In this document: in pieces, positions 45,996 to 57,463 of the stretch
How the letters are laid out: each line of letters opens with the position of its first letter
Numbering within the stretch: position 1 is the stretch's first letter
NCBI GenBank assembly: GCA_029553255.1
Contig: JAKPCM010000072.1
Coordinates: forward strand, 1-60,901
Direction: 5' to 3'
Source of the DNA: Caldisericota bacterium
Lineage (GTDB): Bacteria > Caldisericota > Caldisericia > B22-G15
DNA: 60,901 nt
Position numbers and translations under genes: made by a program
Notes under the pieces: model-generated
What the model was told of the DNA's origin: nothing
Seen by the model: the letters and a program-made list of their open reading frames with translations, nothing else
Databases searched by the model: none

Positions 45996-46493
45996 CTATT
46001 CCTCCTTTACTCTATTTTTTCCAAGGATTTTAGATTTTTCTTCATATGTGATTAAACTTTTGAGAGCCTCAATAGTAGCAAAAGATATATTTACTTGATT
46101 TGAAGAGCCAAATGCTTTAGAAAGAACATCTTTTATTCCGGCTTTTTGTAAAATTGCTCTTACAGGTCCCCCAGCAATAATTCCAGTTCCAGGTACAGCT
46201 GGTTTTAAAAAAACTTTTGCTGCTCCCCATTTGCCCCATGTCTCATGAGGTATTGTTGTACCTTTTATTGGTATTACAATTGAATCTCTTCTTGCTCGAC
46301 TTGACGCCTTTTTTATTGCATCCGGTATTTCACTTGCTTTTCCAAGACCAATACCAACTTTTCCATTTCCGTTTCCTACAACAACAAGTGCGCGGAATTT
46401 TAATCTTTTTCCACCTTTTGTTACCTTTGCAACTCTTCTCACCTGTATTAATTGTTCTTCCATTGTTATTTCAAGTTCTTCATTATCTATCAT
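45996..46493 (-). CDS. rpsE: 30S ribosomal protein S5
   Basis: VRRVAKVTKGGKRLKFRALVVVGN. Confidence 0.95.
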   Translation of the reverse strand: MIDNEELEITMEEQLIQVRRVAKVTKGGKRLKFRALVVVGNGNGKVGIGLGKASEIPDAIKKASSRARRDSIVIPIKGTTIPHETWGKWGAAKVFLKPAVPGTGIIAGGPVRAILQKAGIKDVLSKAFGSSNQVNISFATIEALKSLITYEEKSKILGKNRVKEE

Positions 46494-46502
46494 TTCTTCC
46501 TC

Positions 46503-46871
46503 CTAAAATTCTATACCCATTTTTCTCATCTCTTCACATAATAGTTTTAAATTTCCATGATAGAGATATCCACCTCTATCGAAAACTATCTTTTTAATTT
46601 CTTTATTTAAAAGGAGTTCGGCAAATTTTTGACCAAGTATTGTATGTATCTCTTTCTGTGATTTACCTTGTATTAGATTTTTGATATCCTTCGATAATGT
46701 TGATAAAGATAGAATTGTTTCGCCTTTAGTATCATCTATGGCTTGAAGATAAACATGTTTTAAGCTTCTATAATAGGAAACTCTTGGTTTTTCAGAATCA
46801 CCTTTAATTTTCTCTCTTATTCTTAAATGTCTGATTCTTCTTTTTTCTTTTCTATTTGTATTTTTAATCAT
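46503..46871 (-). CDS. rplR: 50S ribosomal protein L18
   Basis: RKEKRRIRHLRIREKI...FDRGGYLYHG. Confidence 0.95.
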   Translation of the reverse strand: MIKNTNRKEKRRIRHLRIREKIKGDSEKPRVSYYRSLKHVYLQAIDDTKGETILSLSTLSKDIKNLIQGKSQKEIHTILGQKFAELLLNKEIKKIVFDRGGYLYHGNLKLLCEEMRKMGIEF

Positions 46872-46891
46872 TAATCATTCTCCTTTATCCA

Positions 46892-47437
46892 TTAAGTACC
46901 CTTACTTAATGCTTTTCCAGCTTTTCTTCTGATAACTTCATTCTCATATCTTACACCTTTTGCTTTATAAGGATCTGGATCTCTTAATCTTCTTATATAT
47001 GCCGCAGTTTTACCAACAAGTTCTTTATCAGAACCTCTGACAGTAATTCTGATATCTTTTTCAACAACAAACTCGATCCCAGGAGGTGGCTCAATTTCTA
47101 TTGGTCGCGTATATCCTAAATATATTACTAATTTATTACCCTGTAAAATCGCTTTATAGCCTACCCCATGTAAAAGTAATACCTTTTCAAAACCTTTTGT
47201 TAATCCAGTAATCATATTATTAATTAAAGCTCTATAGGTTCCATGTAGAGCTTTAGTCTTTTTTAAATCATTTTTTCTTTCAACAACAATTTGCGAATCT
47301 ATAACTTTTACTATAATAGAATCAGGTATCTCCTTTCTAAATTCACCATTCTTTCCTTTAATATTTATGTAATTATCTTTTAATTCAACTGATATGTCTT
47401 CTGGAATTTCTATAGGTTTTCTACCTATCTTAGACAT
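46892..47437 (-). CDS. rplF: 50S ribosomal protein L6
   Basis: MSKIGRKPIEIPEDISV...GVGYKA...PYKAKGVRY. Confidence 0.95.
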   Translation of the reverse strand: MSKIGRKPIEIPEDISVELKDNYINIKGKNGEFRKEIPDSIIVKVIDSQIVVERKNDLKKTKALHGTYRALINNMITGLTKGFEKVLLLHGVGYKAILQGNKLVIYLGYTRPIEIEPPPGIEFVVEKDIRITVRGSDKELVGKTAAYIRRLRDPDPYKAKGVRYENEVIRRKAGKALSKGT

Positions 47438-47446
47438 TTTTACCTC

Positions 47447-47851
47447 CTACCATATCAAGAGAAGAACTTCTCCACCTTGATTTAATTTTTTAGCAGCTCT
47501 ATCTGAGACAACTCCTTTTGATGTTGAAATTATAGCCATACCGATTCCATTAAGAACTTTTGGTATTTCATCTTTGCCAACATAAACTCTTCTTCCAGGT
47601 TTAGATACTCTTTCTATTCCCAAGATTGCTCTTTCTTTATTTTTTCCAAATTTCAAATATATTTTTATAGTCTTTTTCTCATCTTTGTCAATAATTTCAA
47701 AATCTTTTATATAACCTTCTTCTTTAAGTATCTGGGTTATAGATTTTTTCATATTTGAATAAGGAACTTCAATATCTTCTTTATATACTAAATTAGCATT
47801 TTTAATTCTTGCTATCAAATCAGCAATTGGATCGGTAAACAAAATAGTCAC
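47447..47851 (-). CDS. rpsH: 30S ribosomal protein S8
   Basis: [14 protein letters not shown]...GGEVLLLIW. Confidence 0.95.
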   Translation of the reverse strand: MTILFTDPIADLIARIKNANLVYKEDIEVPYSNMKKSITQILKEEGYIKDFEIIDKDEKKTIKIYLKFGKNKERAILGIERVSKPGRRVYVGKDEIPKVLNGIGMAIISTSKGVVSDRAAKKLNQGGEVLLLIW

Positions 47852-47854
47852 CTC

Positions 47855-48040
47855 CTACCAACTTGCTTTTTTCATGCCAGGTATATAACCTGAATGAAAA
47901 TATTTTCTCACACACATTCTACATAAACCAAAATCGTTGTAAACAGCTCTTACTCTTCCACAAACCTTACACCTTGTTACTTTTCTTGTTTTATATTTTG
48001 GTTTTTTCTTCGCTTTTTCTATCATAGCTTTTCTTGCCAT
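47855..48040 (-). CDS. rpsN: 30S ribosomal protein S14, type Z (Zn-binding, 61 aa)
   Basis: CKVCGR...CRMC motif ending ...GMKKASW. Confidence 0.95.
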   Translation of the reverse strand: MARKAMIEKAKKKPKYKTRKVTRCKVCGRVRAVYNDFGLCRMCVRKYFHSGYIPGMKKASW

Positions 48041-48051
48041 AAAAACCTCCT

Positions 48052-48615
48052 TTAGGATAAGCTACCCTTTTTAACAACTTTTTTCTCAAAAGGTAATCCA
48101 AGTAGTTCGAGTAGTGACTCTGCTTCTTCGTCTGTTTTTGCTGTTGTTATTATAGAGATATCAAAACCTCTAATTTTATCAACTTTATCATATTCTATTT
48201 CAGGGAAAATCAACTGCTCTTCAATTCCAAAGGTATAATTACCTCTACCATCAAAACTTTTTCTTGATAAACCTTTAAAATCTCTGATTCTTGGAAGAGC
48301 AACATTTATAAGCTTTTCAAAGAATTCATCCATTCTTTTACCTCTTAAAGTAACTTTAGCACCAATAACCATTCCTTTTCTAACTTTAAAAGAGGCAACT
48401 GACTTTTTTGCCTTAATAAATAGTGGTTTTTGTCCTGTAATCAACTCTAATTCTTCACCTGTTTTTTCGATTGCTTTCGAATCTATAGCGGCATCTCCAA
48501 TTCCTCTATTAACAACTATTTTTTCAATTTTTGGAACTTCCATTATATTCTTGTAATTAAACTTATCCATTAATTTTGGTGCTATTTCTATCCATTTAGA
48601 CTTTAAGTAACTCAT
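48052..48615 (-). CDS. rplE: 50S ribosomal protein L5
   Basis: [18 protein letters not shown]...[11 protein letters not shown]. Confidence 0.95.
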   Translation of the reverse strand: MSYLKSKWIEIAPKLMDKFNYKNIMEVPKIEKIVVNRGIGDAAIDSKAIEKTGEELELITGQKPLFIKAKKSVASFKVRKGMVIGAKVTLRGKRMDEFFEKLINVALPRIRDFKGLSRKSFDGRGNYTFGIEEQLIFPEIEYDKVDKIRGFDISIITTAKTDEEAESLLELLGLPFEKKVVKKGSLS

Positions 48616-48623
48616 ATCTCCTC

Positions 48624-48947
48624 CTATATTTTATCGATAATTTCACCACATTTTTTACATACTCTTACTTTTTCGCCACTCTCAAGATAAAGAATACCTA
48701 TTCTTGTTGGATTTTTACAATGACTACATACAAGTTGTGCTTTCCAGTAATATATTGGTTTCTCTATTTCTTCTCTGCCACCCTCTGGATGAGATTGAGA
48801 TGGTCTAATATATTTTTTCACCACATTAACACGTTCAACTATGATTTTTTTTTCTTTCGGAAAAACTTTAAGAACTTTCCCGGTTTTTCCTTTATCCTTA
48901 CCTGACATTATTTTAACTGTATCTCCTTTTTTAATTCTTATTTTCAT
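48624..48947 (-). CDS. rplX: 50S ribosomal protein L24 (with CxxC...CxxC tail)
   Basis: Start set at [25 protein letters not shown] (ATG 48947). The upstream extension in the ORF track overlaps rplN. Confidence 0.93.
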   Translation of the reverse strand: MKIRIKKGDTVKIMSGKDKGKTGKVLKVFPKEKKIIVERVNVVKKYIRPSQSHPEGGREEIEKPIYYWKAQLVCSHCKNPTRIGILYLESGEKVRVCKKCGEIIDKI

Positions 48948-48948
48948 A

Positions 48949-49317
48949 TCACACCACCTCAGCAGCAAGTGAAATTATCCTTAAATATCCTTTTTCTCTT
49001 AATTCTCTACATACTGGTCCAAAAATTCTTGTTCCTTTTGGATTTCCTTCTTCATCAATCACTACTACAGCATTATCATCAAATCTTAAATAAGAACCAT
49101 CTGGTCTTCTTATTTTGTTTTTTGTTCTTACAATAACACCTTTGCCAAGGGATCCTTTTGGAATTGGACTTTTAGGAATTGCATCTTTAACAGTAAAAAC
49201 AATTATATCTCCAACTCTTCCATATTTCTTATTTGAAGTTCCAAGTATTCTTATACAAAGAACCTCTTTTGCACCACTATTATCAGCAACTTTTAATCTA
49301 CTGTAAGGTCTGATCAT
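48949..49317 (-). CDS. rplN: 50S ribosomal protein L14
   Basis: Start set at [17 protein letters not shown] (ATG 49317) behind GGAGGAGG. Confidence 0.95.
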   Translation of the reverse strand: MIRPYSRLKVADNSGAKEVLCIRILGTSNKKYGRVGDIIVFTVKDAIPKSPIPKGSLGKGVIVRTKNKIRRPDGSYLRFDDNAVVVIDEEGNPKGTRIFGPVCRELREKGYLRIISLAAEVV

Positions 49318-49576
49318 TTTCCTCCTCCAATTTTTTATCTTCAATTCTTTTAATAATTCTTTTAACTCTCCATCTTTTTAATTTAGAAAGTGGCCTTATT
49401 TCTTCAATTTCAACGATATCTCCAACAGATAAAGGAAGTTCAGAATGTGCGTAAAATTTACTCCATCTTTTAATTTGTTTTTTATAAAGAGGGTGAGTTA
49501 CAATTTTTTCTGTTTTTACTATTACTGTTTTTTGCATTTTATTTGAAACCACTGTTCCAGTCAATATTTTCTTCAT
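49298..49576 (-). CDS. rpsQ: 30S ribosomal protein S17
   Basis: [19 protein letters not shown]...HPLYKK. The 3' 20 nt overlap rplN. Confidence 0.93.
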   Translation of the reverse strand: MKKILTGTVVSNKMQKTVIVKTEKIVTHPLYKKQIKRWSKFYAHSELPLSVGDIVEIEEIRPLSKLKRWRVKRIIKRIEDKKLEEENDQTLQ

Positions 49577-49767
49577 TGCACAGTCTCCTTTTCTTTAAGA
49601 ATGGTTAAAATTCTTGCGATATCTTTTCTAACAATTCTAATTCTCGCTGGATTTTTTAATTGATGTGTTGTCTGTTGAAATCTTAAATTAAAAAGTTCTC
49701 TTCTTAATTCATTAAGTTTTGTATTTAACTCATCTGGAGTTAATTCTCTTAAATCTTTAGCCTTCAT
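49573..49767 (-). CDS. rpmC: 50S ribosomal protein L29
   Basis: [26 protein letters not shown]. Confidence 0.95.
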   Translation of the reverse strand: MKAKDLRELTPDELNTKLNELRRELFNLRFQQTTHQLKNPARIRIVRKDIARILTILKEKETVQ

Positions 49768-49768
49768 G

Positions 49769-50179
49769 TTAAACCTCTCTTCTAACTATTCTTGTTTTTA
49801 TTGGAAGCTTATCTTGAGCAAGTTGTAAAGCTCTAATTGCATCTTTTTCAGGAACACCCTCGAGTTCAAAAAGAATTCTTCCAGGTTTGACAATAGCTGT
49901 CCAAAATTCCGGATCTCCTTTTCCACCACCCATTCTTGTTTCAGCGGGTTTCTTAGTTACTGGTCTATCTGGGAATATTCTTATCCACATTTTTCCACTT
50001 TTACGTGAAGCTTGGGTCAATGGGAGTCTTGCTGCTTCAATTTGACGAGAGGTTATCCAACCAGGTTCAATAGCTTTCAAACCAAAATCACCGAAATTAA
50101 GCCTGTTTCCCCTTGTAGCTATTCCTTTTGTTCTTATTCTATGTTGTTTTCTCCATTTAACTCTTTCTGGCATTAACAT
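49769..50179 (-). CDS. rplP: 50S ribosomal protein L16
   Basis: [14 protein letters not shown]...RMGGGKG. Confidence 0.95.
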   Translation of the reverse strand: MLMPERVKWRKQHRIRTKGIATRGNRLNFGDFGLKAIEPGWITSRQIEAARLPLTQASRKSGKMWIRIFPDRPVTKKPAETRMGGGKGDPEFWTAIVKPGRILFELEGVPEKDAIRALQLAQDKLPIKTRIVRREV

Positions 50180-50184
50180 AATAA

Positions 50185-50847
50185 TTACACCTCCACCTCT
50201 TCTTTATTGGATTTTCTTACAGATAATTCTCCTCTATAAATCCAAACTCTAACTCCAATAATTCCAAATTTTGTAAGAGCAGGTATATATGCATAATCTA
50301 TATCAGCTGTTAAAGTTTGAAGTGGTACTCTACCCTCTTTAAACCATTCTGTTCTTGCAATTTCTGCACCATCCAGTCTTCCAGAACATTGTACTTTTAT
50401 TCCTTTAGCTCCACCTTTTATCGATCTTGCTATAGTTTGTTTCATTGCTCTTTTATATGATGCTCTTTTTTCTATTCTATCTGCAATAAATTCTGCTTGA
50501 AGTTTTGCTGAGATTTCAGGTTTTTTTACTTCAACAACTTTAAGATCAAGCTTTTTATTTCCAACGATATCTTGTAATTCATTTCTTAATATTTCAATAT
50601 TTGCTCCACCTTTTCCGATCAAAACACCAGGTCTTGCACTGAAAATTAACACTCTTACCTGCTCTCCTTTTCTATATATTTCAACTGAAGATATTGCTAC
50701 ATCCCTCCCAAGACTGTCTATTTTGTTTCTTATCTGTAAATCTTCGAAAAGTATATAAGGAATTTCTTTTTTTGGAGCAAACCAAAAAGCCTTCCAATCC
50801 TTTGTTATACCAAGTCTAAACCCAAGTGGATTTGTTTTCTGTCCCAT
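50185..50847 (-). CDS. rpsC: 30S ribosomal protein S3
   Basis: [18 protein letters not shown]..., KH domain, [10 protein letters not shown]. Confidence 0.95.
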   Translation of the reverse strand: MGQKTNPLGFRLGITKDWKAFWFAPKKEIPYILFEDLQIRNKIDSLGRDVAISSVEIYRKGEQVRVLIFSARPGVLIGKGGANIEILRNELQDIVGNKKLDLKVVEVKKPEISAKLQAEFIADRIEKRASYKRAMKQTIARSIKGGAKGIKVQCSGRLDGAEIARTEWFKEGRVPLQTLTADIDYAYIPALTKFGIIGVRVWIYRGELSVRKSNKEEVEV

Positions 50848-51188
50848 TATTCCTCCTTTTTCTCCTCAACATAAACAGTTATATGAGATAATGGTCTTCT
50901 AATTATATCTGCTCTTCCCATACCTTTTGGTTGAACTCTTTTTAATACAGGTCCCTGATCGACAAAAATTTTTTTAATATATAGGCTATCTTCATTCATT
51001 TGATAGTTATTTTTAGCATTCGCAACGGCAGATTTTATTGTTTTTGAAATTGGAACTGCAGTTTTTGAAGGTAAAAATTTTAAAGTACTTAAAGCTTTTT
51101 TTGCATTCATTCCGCGAACCATATTTGCTACTTTCCTTGCTTTTTTCGGAGATATTCTTACAAATCTACTTACTGCTTTAACTTCCAT
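50847..51188 (-). CDS. rplV: 50S ribosomal protein L22
   Basis: VRISPKKARKVANMVRG...GMGRADIIRRPLSHITV. Confidence 0.95.
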   Translation of the reverse strand: MEVKAVSRFVRISPKKARKVANMVRGMNAKKALSTLKFLPSKTAVPISKTIKSAVANAKNNYQMNEDSLYIKKIFVDQGPVLKRVQPKGMGRADIIRRPLSHITVYVEEKKEE

Positions 51189-51203
51189 ATTCTCCTCCTG
51201 ACT

Positions 51204-51476
51204 TTATTTCAATGAAGTAGATCTTTCAGTAGGTCTGTTATGAGATCTAAAAGTTCTTGTAAATGCAAATTCACCTAACTTGTGATTTATCATTGCTTTT
51301 GTTATATAAACTGGTATATGAGTTTTGCCATTATGCACTGCGATCGTGTGTCCTACCATCTCTTCAGTAATTGTTGAATCTCTTGACCAAACCTTTATTA
51401 TCTTCTTTGTTCCTTTTTCATTCATTTCTCTAATTTTATTAAGTAATTTCGGATCAACAAATTTTTCTCTACTCAT
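51204..51476 (-). CDS. rpsS: 30S ribosomal protein S19
   Basis: [34 protein letters not shown]. Confidence 0.95.
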   Translation of the reverse strand: MSREKFVDPKLLNKIREMNEKGTKKIIKVWSRDSTITEEMVGHTIAVHNGKTHIPVYITKAMINHKLGEFAFTRTFRSHNRPTERSTSLK

Positions 51477-52304
51477 TTATTTCCTCCTTTTAACAATATA
51501 AACACTGCTCGGTTTTTTCTTTTTTCTTGTTTTTTTACCAAGTGTGGGTTTACCCCATGGAGACAATGGTGATGGATGTCCAATTGGTGCTTTACCTTCG
51601 CCCCCACCATGTGGATGATCAACAGGATTCATAGCGGAGCCTCTAACATGAGGCTTTCTTCCAAGATTTCTTGTTCTTCCTGCTTTACCTAGCTGCAGAT
51701 TTACATGATCTAAATTTCCAACCTGACCGATAGTTGCTCTACAGTTTACATTTATTAATCTTATTTCTCCTGATGGCATTTTTATCTGTGCATACTTCTC
51801 ATCTTTACTTAAAATTTGAGCTTGAGAGCCAGCAGAACGAGCAATTTGTCCACCTTTTCCTGGTTTTAATTCAATATTATAAATAATAGTTCCTATTGGA
51901 ATATTTCTTATAAAAGTCGTATTACCTGGCTTCAGCGGTACTTCTTCCCCAGATAAGATAGTATCTCCTAAATTAAGTCCAACTGGCGCAATGATGTATC
52001 TTTTTTCTCCATCAATGTATTTAATTAATGCTATTCTTGCTGATCTATTAGGATCGTACTCAATAGATGAAACCTTACCAGGTACACCATCTTTGTCTCT
52101 TTTAAAATCTATAATTCTTAATAATCTTTTCGCTCCGCCACCTCTGAATCTTATAGTTATTTTTCCCTGATTGTTTCTGCCACCTTTCTTTTTTAGCCCA
52201 GTTACAAGACTTTTTTCAGGTTCTTTTTTGGTTATTTCATTTTTTTCAAGATAGGTAAAATTTCTTTTCCCAGGACTTGTAGGTTTTACTTTTTTTATTC
52301 CCAT
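51477..52304 (-). CDS. rplB: 50S ribosomal protein L2
   Basis: [18 protein letters not shown] hallmark. Confidence 0.95.
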   Translation of the reverse strand: MGIKKVKPTSPGKRNFTYLEKNEITKKEPEKSLVTGLKKKGGRNNQGKITIRFRGGGAKRLLRIIDFKRDKDGVPGKVSSIEYDPNRSARIALIKYIDGEKRYIIAPVGLNLGDTILSGEEVPLKPGNTTFIRNIPIGTIIYNIELKPGKGGQIARSAGSQAQILSKDEKYAQIKMPSGEIRLINVNCRATIGQVGNLDHVNLQLGKAGRTRNLGRKPHVRGSAMNPVDHPHGGGEGKAPIGHPSPLSPWGKPTLGKKTRKKKKPSSVYIVKRRK

Positions 52305-52305
52305 T

Positions 52306-52587
52306 TTATACTCCTTTCAACATATCGATAGTATAACCTTCTTTTAATTTAACAATAGCTTTTTTTTCCTCTGGTGTTTTAGAAAATTGATATCTGGTTC
52401 TTCTCTTTTTCGGATATTTTTTGACAATGTTCACATCCTCAACCTTTACATTAAACATATCTTCAACAGCCCTTTTTATAATTTCTTTATTAGCATTTTT
52501 ATGAACAAGAAAAACATATTTTCTCTCATTTATAAGTTTTTGGCTTTTTTCAGTAACAATTGGTTTTATCAAAGCTTTTTCAATCAT
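52306..52587 (-). CDS. rplW: 50S ribosomal protein L23
   Basis: PIVTEKS...[25 protein letters not shown]. Confidence 0.93.
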   Translation of the reverse strand: MIEKALIKPIVTEKSQKLINERKYVFLVHKNANKEIIKRAVEDMFNVKVEDVNIVKKYPKKRRTRYQFSKTPEEKKAIVKLKEGYTIDMLKGV

Positions 52588-53203
52588 TTCCCCATACCTC
52601 TTTTATCTTTAAATATGCCTCTTTTGTTATCAATAAATAATCGTGTTTTAGAATTTCATAACTATTAATAAATTGATAAAATAAAGGAGTAACTTTAACA
52701 ATATTTCTAAAACTTTTTTGAACTTCTCCATTTTCATTACTATAAACAACAAGAGTAGGCGTATTTATATTTAAATTTCTTAAGAATTCTAATGCATTCT
52801 TTGTGCTTGGTTTTTCAAAAATAACATCTTTAACTATTATAAGTTTTTCGTCTATTAACTTTTGACTAATAGATGATTTTATAGAAAGTTTTTTTACTTT
52901 ATCTGGAACTGAAATTTTAAAACTTCTTGGTTTTGGACCAAAAACAACACCTCCTCCTTTCCATATAGGAGAACGAATTGAACCTTGTCTTGCTCTACCA
53001 GTTCCTTTTTGACGCCATGGTTTTCTTCCACCGCCACTAACTTCTGCTCTTCTTTTTGTTGAAGCAGTTCCTCTCCTTAAAGAATTTCTAACATATCTTA
53101 TATGATCGAACATAGAATTATAATGAGGAGGTATATTAAATTTTTCAGGAATCTCTTCGTTTTCAACCAATTTTCCTTCTTTATCATAAACAGGTATAGA
53201 CAT
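52580..53203 (-). CDS. rplD: 50S ribosomal protein L4
   Basis: Start set at the first ATG (53203, MSIPVYDKEG) behind AGAGGTGA. GGGRKPWRQKGTGRARQGS motif. Confidence 0.93.
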   Translation of the reverse strand: MSIPVYDKEGKLVENEEIPEKFNIPPHYNSMFDHIRYVRNSLRRGTASTKRRAEVSGGGRKPWRQKGTGRARQGSIRSPIWKGGGVVFGPKPRSFKISVPDKVKKLSIKSSISQKLIDEKLIIVKDVIFEKPSTKNALEFLRNLNINTPTLVVYSNENGEVQKSFRNIVKVTPLFYQFINSYEILKHDYLLITKEAYLKIKEVWGND

Positions 53204-53204
53204 A

Positions 53205-53810
53205 TCATTCACCTCTTATTATTAAAATTCCACCATTTGGGCCAGGAACAGCACCTTTAAGGCCAATTAGATTATTATCTTTATCTATGAAAACAACTTC
53301 AAGATTTCTAATAGTTATATTATCAAAGCCCATATGTCCTGGCATTTTTTTTCCTTTAAAAACTTTTTGTGGGGTTAACCTGTTGCCTATTGCGCCTATT
53401 CTTCTATGTGAGGTTGAACCATGAGAATCAAAACCACCAGCCATACCCCATCTTCTCATAACTCCCTGAAATCCCTTGCCTTTTGATAAACCTGTAACTC
53501 TTACTTTTTCTCCCTGTTTGAATATGTCAACATCAATAATTTCTCCTTCATTTTTATCAAAATCTCTGATTTCTCTTAAATATCTAAAATATTCATTAGC
53601 TTTCTTCATATGCCCTTTTAGTGGATTGTTAACTTTTTTATCTTTAATTTCTTCAAATCCAATTTGAACTGCATTATATCCATCTTTTTCTAAAGTTTTT
53701 TTCTGGACAACTTTACAAGGACCTGCCTTCAGTAGCGTAATTGGCACGATTTTACCATCTTCATTAAATAATTGAGTCATTCCTATTTTTTTAGCTATAA
53801 TACCTTTCAT
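53205..53810 (-). CDS. rplC: 50S ribosomal protein L3
   Basis: Start set at MKGIIAKKIGMTQLF (ATG 53810) behind GGAG. GKGFQGVMRRWGMAGG motif. Confidence 0.95.
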   Translation of the reverse strand: MKGIIAKKIGMTQLFNEDGKIVPITLLKAGPCKVVQKKTLEKDGYNAVQIGFEEIKDKKVNNPLKGHMKKANEYFRYLREIRDFDKNEGEIIDVDIFKQGEKVRVTGLSKGKGFQGVMRRWGMAGGFDSHGSTSHRRIGAIGNRLTPQKVFKGKKMPGHMGFDNITIRNLEVVFIDKDNNLIGLKGAVPGPNGGILIIRGE

Positions 53811-53820
53811 ATCTTGCTCC

Positions 53821-54135
53821 TTATAACTTAATTTCAATATCAACTCCAGCTGGAAGATCTAAATCCATTAATGCTTTTGTAGATTCTGGCGTTGGATTCA
53901 AGATATCTATCAATCTTTTATGAATTACCAATTCAAGCTGTTCTCTTGAATCTTTATCAATATTTGGAGCTCTTAAAAATGTATATAATGTTCTTTCTGA
54001 AGGTAATGGAATTGGACCAGATACTTCAACACCTAACTTTTTTAATGTATTTACGATCATAATAGCCGATTTATCAAGAATTCTTGAATCAAAAGATTTT
54101 AATTTAATTCTTACCTTACTTTTTATATCTTTCAT
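53821..54135 (-). CDS. rpsJ: 30S ribosomal protein S10
   Basis: [18 protein letters not shown]...HKRLIDI. Confidence 0.95.
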   Translation of the reverse strand: MKDIKSKVRIKLKSFDSRILDKSAIMIVNTLKKLGVEVSGPIPLPSERTLYTFLRAPNIDKDSREQLELVIHKRLIDILNPTPESTKALMDLDLPAGVDIEIKL

Positions 54136-54146
54136 ATTTTTATCAC

Positions 54147-55355
54147 CTACTCAATGAGTTTTGATACAACACCTGCTCCAACAGTTTTTCCACCCTCTCT
54201 TATTGCGAATCTTTGACCCTCTTCAAGGGCTACAGGGTAGATAAGTTCAACTGTTATTATGACATTATCACCAGGCATTGCCATCTCTACTCCCTCTTGG
54301 AGTTTTATCTCACCTGTTACATCTGTTGTTCTTATATAAAATTGAGGTCTATAGCCAGTGAAGAATGGTTTATGTCTTCCACCCTCCTCTTTTGAGAGAA
54401 TATAAACCTGAGCTTCAAACTTCTTATATGGATGGATAGAACCTGGTTTACTAACAACTTGACCTCTCTCTACTTCATCAAAAGCTATTCCTCTTAATAG
54501 AAGTCCAACATTATCTCCAGCTAAACCTTCATCAAGGAGTTTTCTGAACATTTCAACTCCTGTTACTACTGTTTTCTTTCTCTCTGCTCTTAAACCTACT
54601 ATCTCGACCTCTTCTCCTACTTTTATCTTTCCTCTCTCTATTTTTCCTGTTACTACTGTTCCTCTACCTGTTATTGAGAAGATATCTTCTATTGGCATAA
54701 GGAATGGTTTATCAATATCTCTTTTTGGGGTTGGGATATATGAATCAACTGCATCCATAAGTTCCCATATCTTATCAATCCACTCATTTTTTCCTCTTGA
54801 TAGGTCTCCATCATATTCAAGAGCTTTAAGGGCTGAACCTCTAATTACAGGAATCTCATCACCAGGGAAGTTATACTTCTTAAGTAGATCTCTTACTTCA
54901 ACCTCTACAAGGTCAACAAGTTCTGGATCATCTACCATGTCAACTTTGTTTAAAAATACTACTATTGCTGGAACATTAACCTGTCTTGCAAGAAGTATAT
55001 GCTCTCTTGTTTGAGGCATTGGTCCATCAAAAGCAGATACTACAAGGATAGCACCATCCATCTGAGCAGCACCTGTTATCATATTTTTTATGTAGTCAGC
55101 ATGTCCTGGACAATCTATGTGAGCATAGTGTCTTTTCTCTGTTTCATACTCAACATGAGAGATGTTTATTGTTATTCCTCTTGCTTTTTCTTCTGGAGCA
55201 TTATCAATTGACCAGAAATCTTTATATTGCGTTTTACCTAAGGTTGACAGAACTTTTGTTATTGCAGAGGTCAATGTTGTTTTACCATGGTCTATGTGAC
55301 CTATGGTTCCGACATTAACATGAGGTTTAGTTCTCTCAAATTTTTCTTTAGCCAT
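54147..55355 (-). CDS. tuf: Elongation factor Tu
   Basis: [33 protein letters not shown] and NKVD motifs. Confidence 0.97.
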   Translation of the reverse strand: MAKEKFERTKPHVNVGTIGHIDHGKTTLTSAITKVLSTLGKTQYKDFWSIDNAPEEKARGITINISHVEYETEKRHYAHIDCPGHADYIKNMITGAAQMDGAILVVSAFDGPMPQTREHILLARQVNVPAIVVFLNKVDMVDDPELVDLVEVEVRDLLKKYNFPGDEIPVIRGSALKALEYDGDLSRGKNEWIDKIWELMDAVDSYIPTPKRDIDKPFLMPIEDIFSITGRGTVVTGKIERGKIKVGEEVEIVGLRAERKKTVVTGVEMFRKLLDEGLAGDNVGLLLRGIAFDEVERGQVVSKPGSIHPYKKFEAQVYILSKEEGGRHKPFFTGYRPQFYIRTTDVTGEIKLQEGVEMAMPGDNVIITVELIYPVALEEGQRFAIREGGKTVGAGVVSKLIE

Positions 55356-55369
55356 ATTCTTTTACCTCC

Positions 55370-57463
55370 TTAAAATACTGTGTCTATTCCCCTAACTCTT
55401 TTTACGATCTTCTCATAAACTGTCTGGGGAACAACTTCATATGAACTAAATTGCATGCTATAACTTGCCCTACCTTGACTTAAAGATCTTAATTCAGTTG
55501 CATATCCGAATAATTCTGCCAATGGTATATGAGCAGTTATTATTCTTAAATTTGCTTCTAACTCAATGTCATTAACTTTCCCTCTTCTTAATGAAATTCC
55601 TTGCAAAATATCTCCAAGATATTCTTCTGGGGTTATTATCTCGACTTCCATAATAGGTTCTAATAGAATAGGGTTTGCCTTCTTCGTACCATCTTTAAAA
55701 GCTTTAGAAGCAGCTATTCTATAAGCTATTTCTGATGAATCAACAGGATGGTATGAACCATCTATAAGTTCAACCCCAATATTAATTGCAGGATAACCAA
55801 GTATTATACCTGTCTCAAGAGAGCTTTTAACACCTTCTTCAACTGCTGGAATAAACGCATCAGGTATAGCTCCTCCTTTTATTTTATTTATAAAAACAAA
55901 ATTTTTATCTTTTATAGGATAAATTTTTAAAACTACATGTCCATAAAGCCCTTTCCCACCACTTTGTTTTATATATTTTCCCTCTTCAATTACCTCTTTT
56001 GTTATAGATTCTCTATAATTAACTTCAGGTTTACCAACTCTTGCTGAAATACCAAACTCTCTTGTCAATCTGTCAACTATAATTTCGAGATGCAACTCTC
56101 CCATACCTGAAATAATTGTTTGACCGGTTTCTTCATCAAATTTTAATTTGAAAGTTGGATCCTCAAGAACAAATTTTCTTAGAGCGAGTGATAGTTTATC
56201 TTGATCTGATTCACTTTTTGGTTCAATTGCTATTGATATAACTGGTTCAGGAAAAACAATTTGTTCTAATATTATTGGATTGTTTTTATCGCACATCGTA
56301 TCTCCTGTAGAACTATCTTTTAATCCAACTACTCCGCCTAATTCTCCTGCTTTTAACTCTTTTATATCTTCTCTTTTATTTGCGTGAAGTCTTAGAATTC
56401 TTGAAACTCTCTCTTTTATTTTTAAGGTTGAATTATAAATATAAGAGCCAGAATTTATTTTCCCTGAGTATACTCTTATATAATGAAGTTGACCTATATA
56501 CGGATCATTCTGAACTTTAAAAATTAAAGCAGACAGCGGTTCATCAACAGAAGGTTTTCTAAAAACCTCAGTGTTATTTTCAGGATTTATACCCTTAACA
56601 GGAGGTATATCAATTGGTGAAGGTAAATAATCAACTATTGCATCAAGAAGAGGTTGAATACCTTTATTTTTAAGAGAGCTACCAAAAGTTAGAGGATAAA
56701 AATAACCTTTGTTAGTACCATTTCTAATTGCTTTTTTTAACTCTTCATTCTCTATTTTTTTTCCATCAAGATATTTTTCAAGAAGTAAATCATCTGATTC
56801 ACAAGTTCTTTCGATCAACTCATTTCTATATTCATTTATAAATGTATTTGGTTTGGCATCATTTACTATATAATCTTCGCCATTTCCTCCTTTCCCCCAA
56901 AGATATTCTTTCATTTCGATAAGGTCTATTACTCCTTCAAACTCTTCTTCTTCGCCTATTGGAAGTTGTATTATAAGTGGATTTATATTTAATTTTTCTT
57001 TAATAGAATCTATTACTCTTTTAAAATTTGCACCTATTCTATCCATTTTATTAACAAAAATAATTCTCGGGACCTTATATTTTGATGCTTGTCTCCATAC
57101 AGTTTCTGTTTGAGGTTGAACTCCTGTAACTCCCTCAAGAATGACTATAACTCCATCAAGGACTCTTAAAGCTCTCTCTACCTCTGCAGTGAAATCCACA
57201 TGGCCTGGTGTGTCTATAATGTTAATAATAAAATCTCTCCAAAAGCAAGTTGTTACTGCTGAATTAATGGTAATTCCTCTCTCTTTTTCTTGAATCATAT
57301 AATCCATAGTTGTTGTTCCTTCATCAACATTACCAAGTCTATGAATTTTACCAGTATAATACAAAACTCTTTCTGTTGTAGTTGTTTTACCAGCATCTAT
57401 GTGTGCTATAAAACCAATATTTCTAATTTTCTCAATATTGTATTCATATTTATCTGTTACCAT
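55370..57463 (-). CDS. fusA: Elongation factor G
   Basis: AHIDAGKTTTTERVLYYTG, DTPGHVDF and NKMD motifs. 697 aa. Confidence 0.97.
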   Translation of the reverse strand: MVTDKYEYNIEKIRNIGFIAHIDAGKTTTTERVLYYTGKIHRLGNVDEGTTTMDYMIQEKERGITINSAVTTCFWRDFIINIIDTPGHVDFTAEVERALRVLDGVIVILEGVTGVQPQTETVWRQASKYKVPRIIFVNKMDRIGANFKRVIDSIKEKLNINPLIIQLPIGEEEEFEGVIDLIEMKEYLWGKGGNGEDYIVNDAKPNTFINEYRNELIERTCESDDLLLEKYLDGKKIENEELKKAIRNGTNKGYFYPLTFGSSLKNKGIQPLLDAIVDYLPSPIDIPPVKGINPENNTEVFRKPSVDEPLSALIFKVQNDPYIGQLHYIRVYSGKINSGSYIYNSTLKIKERVSRILRLHANKREDIKELKAGELGGVVGLKDSSTGDTMCDKNNPIILEQIVFPEPVISIAIEPKSESDQDKLSLALRKFVLEDPTFKLKFDEETGQTIISGMGELHLEIIVDRLTREFGISARVGKPEVNYRESITKEVIEEGKYIKQSGGKGLYGHVVLKIYPIKDKNFVFINKIKGGAIPDAFIPAVEEGVKSSLETGIILGYPAINIGVELIDGSYHPVDSSEIAYRIAASKAFKDGTKKANPILLEPIMEVEIITPEEYLGDILQGISLRRGKVNDIELEANLRIITAHIPLAELFGYATELRSLSQGRASYSMQFSSYEVVPQTVYEKIVKRVRGIDTVF

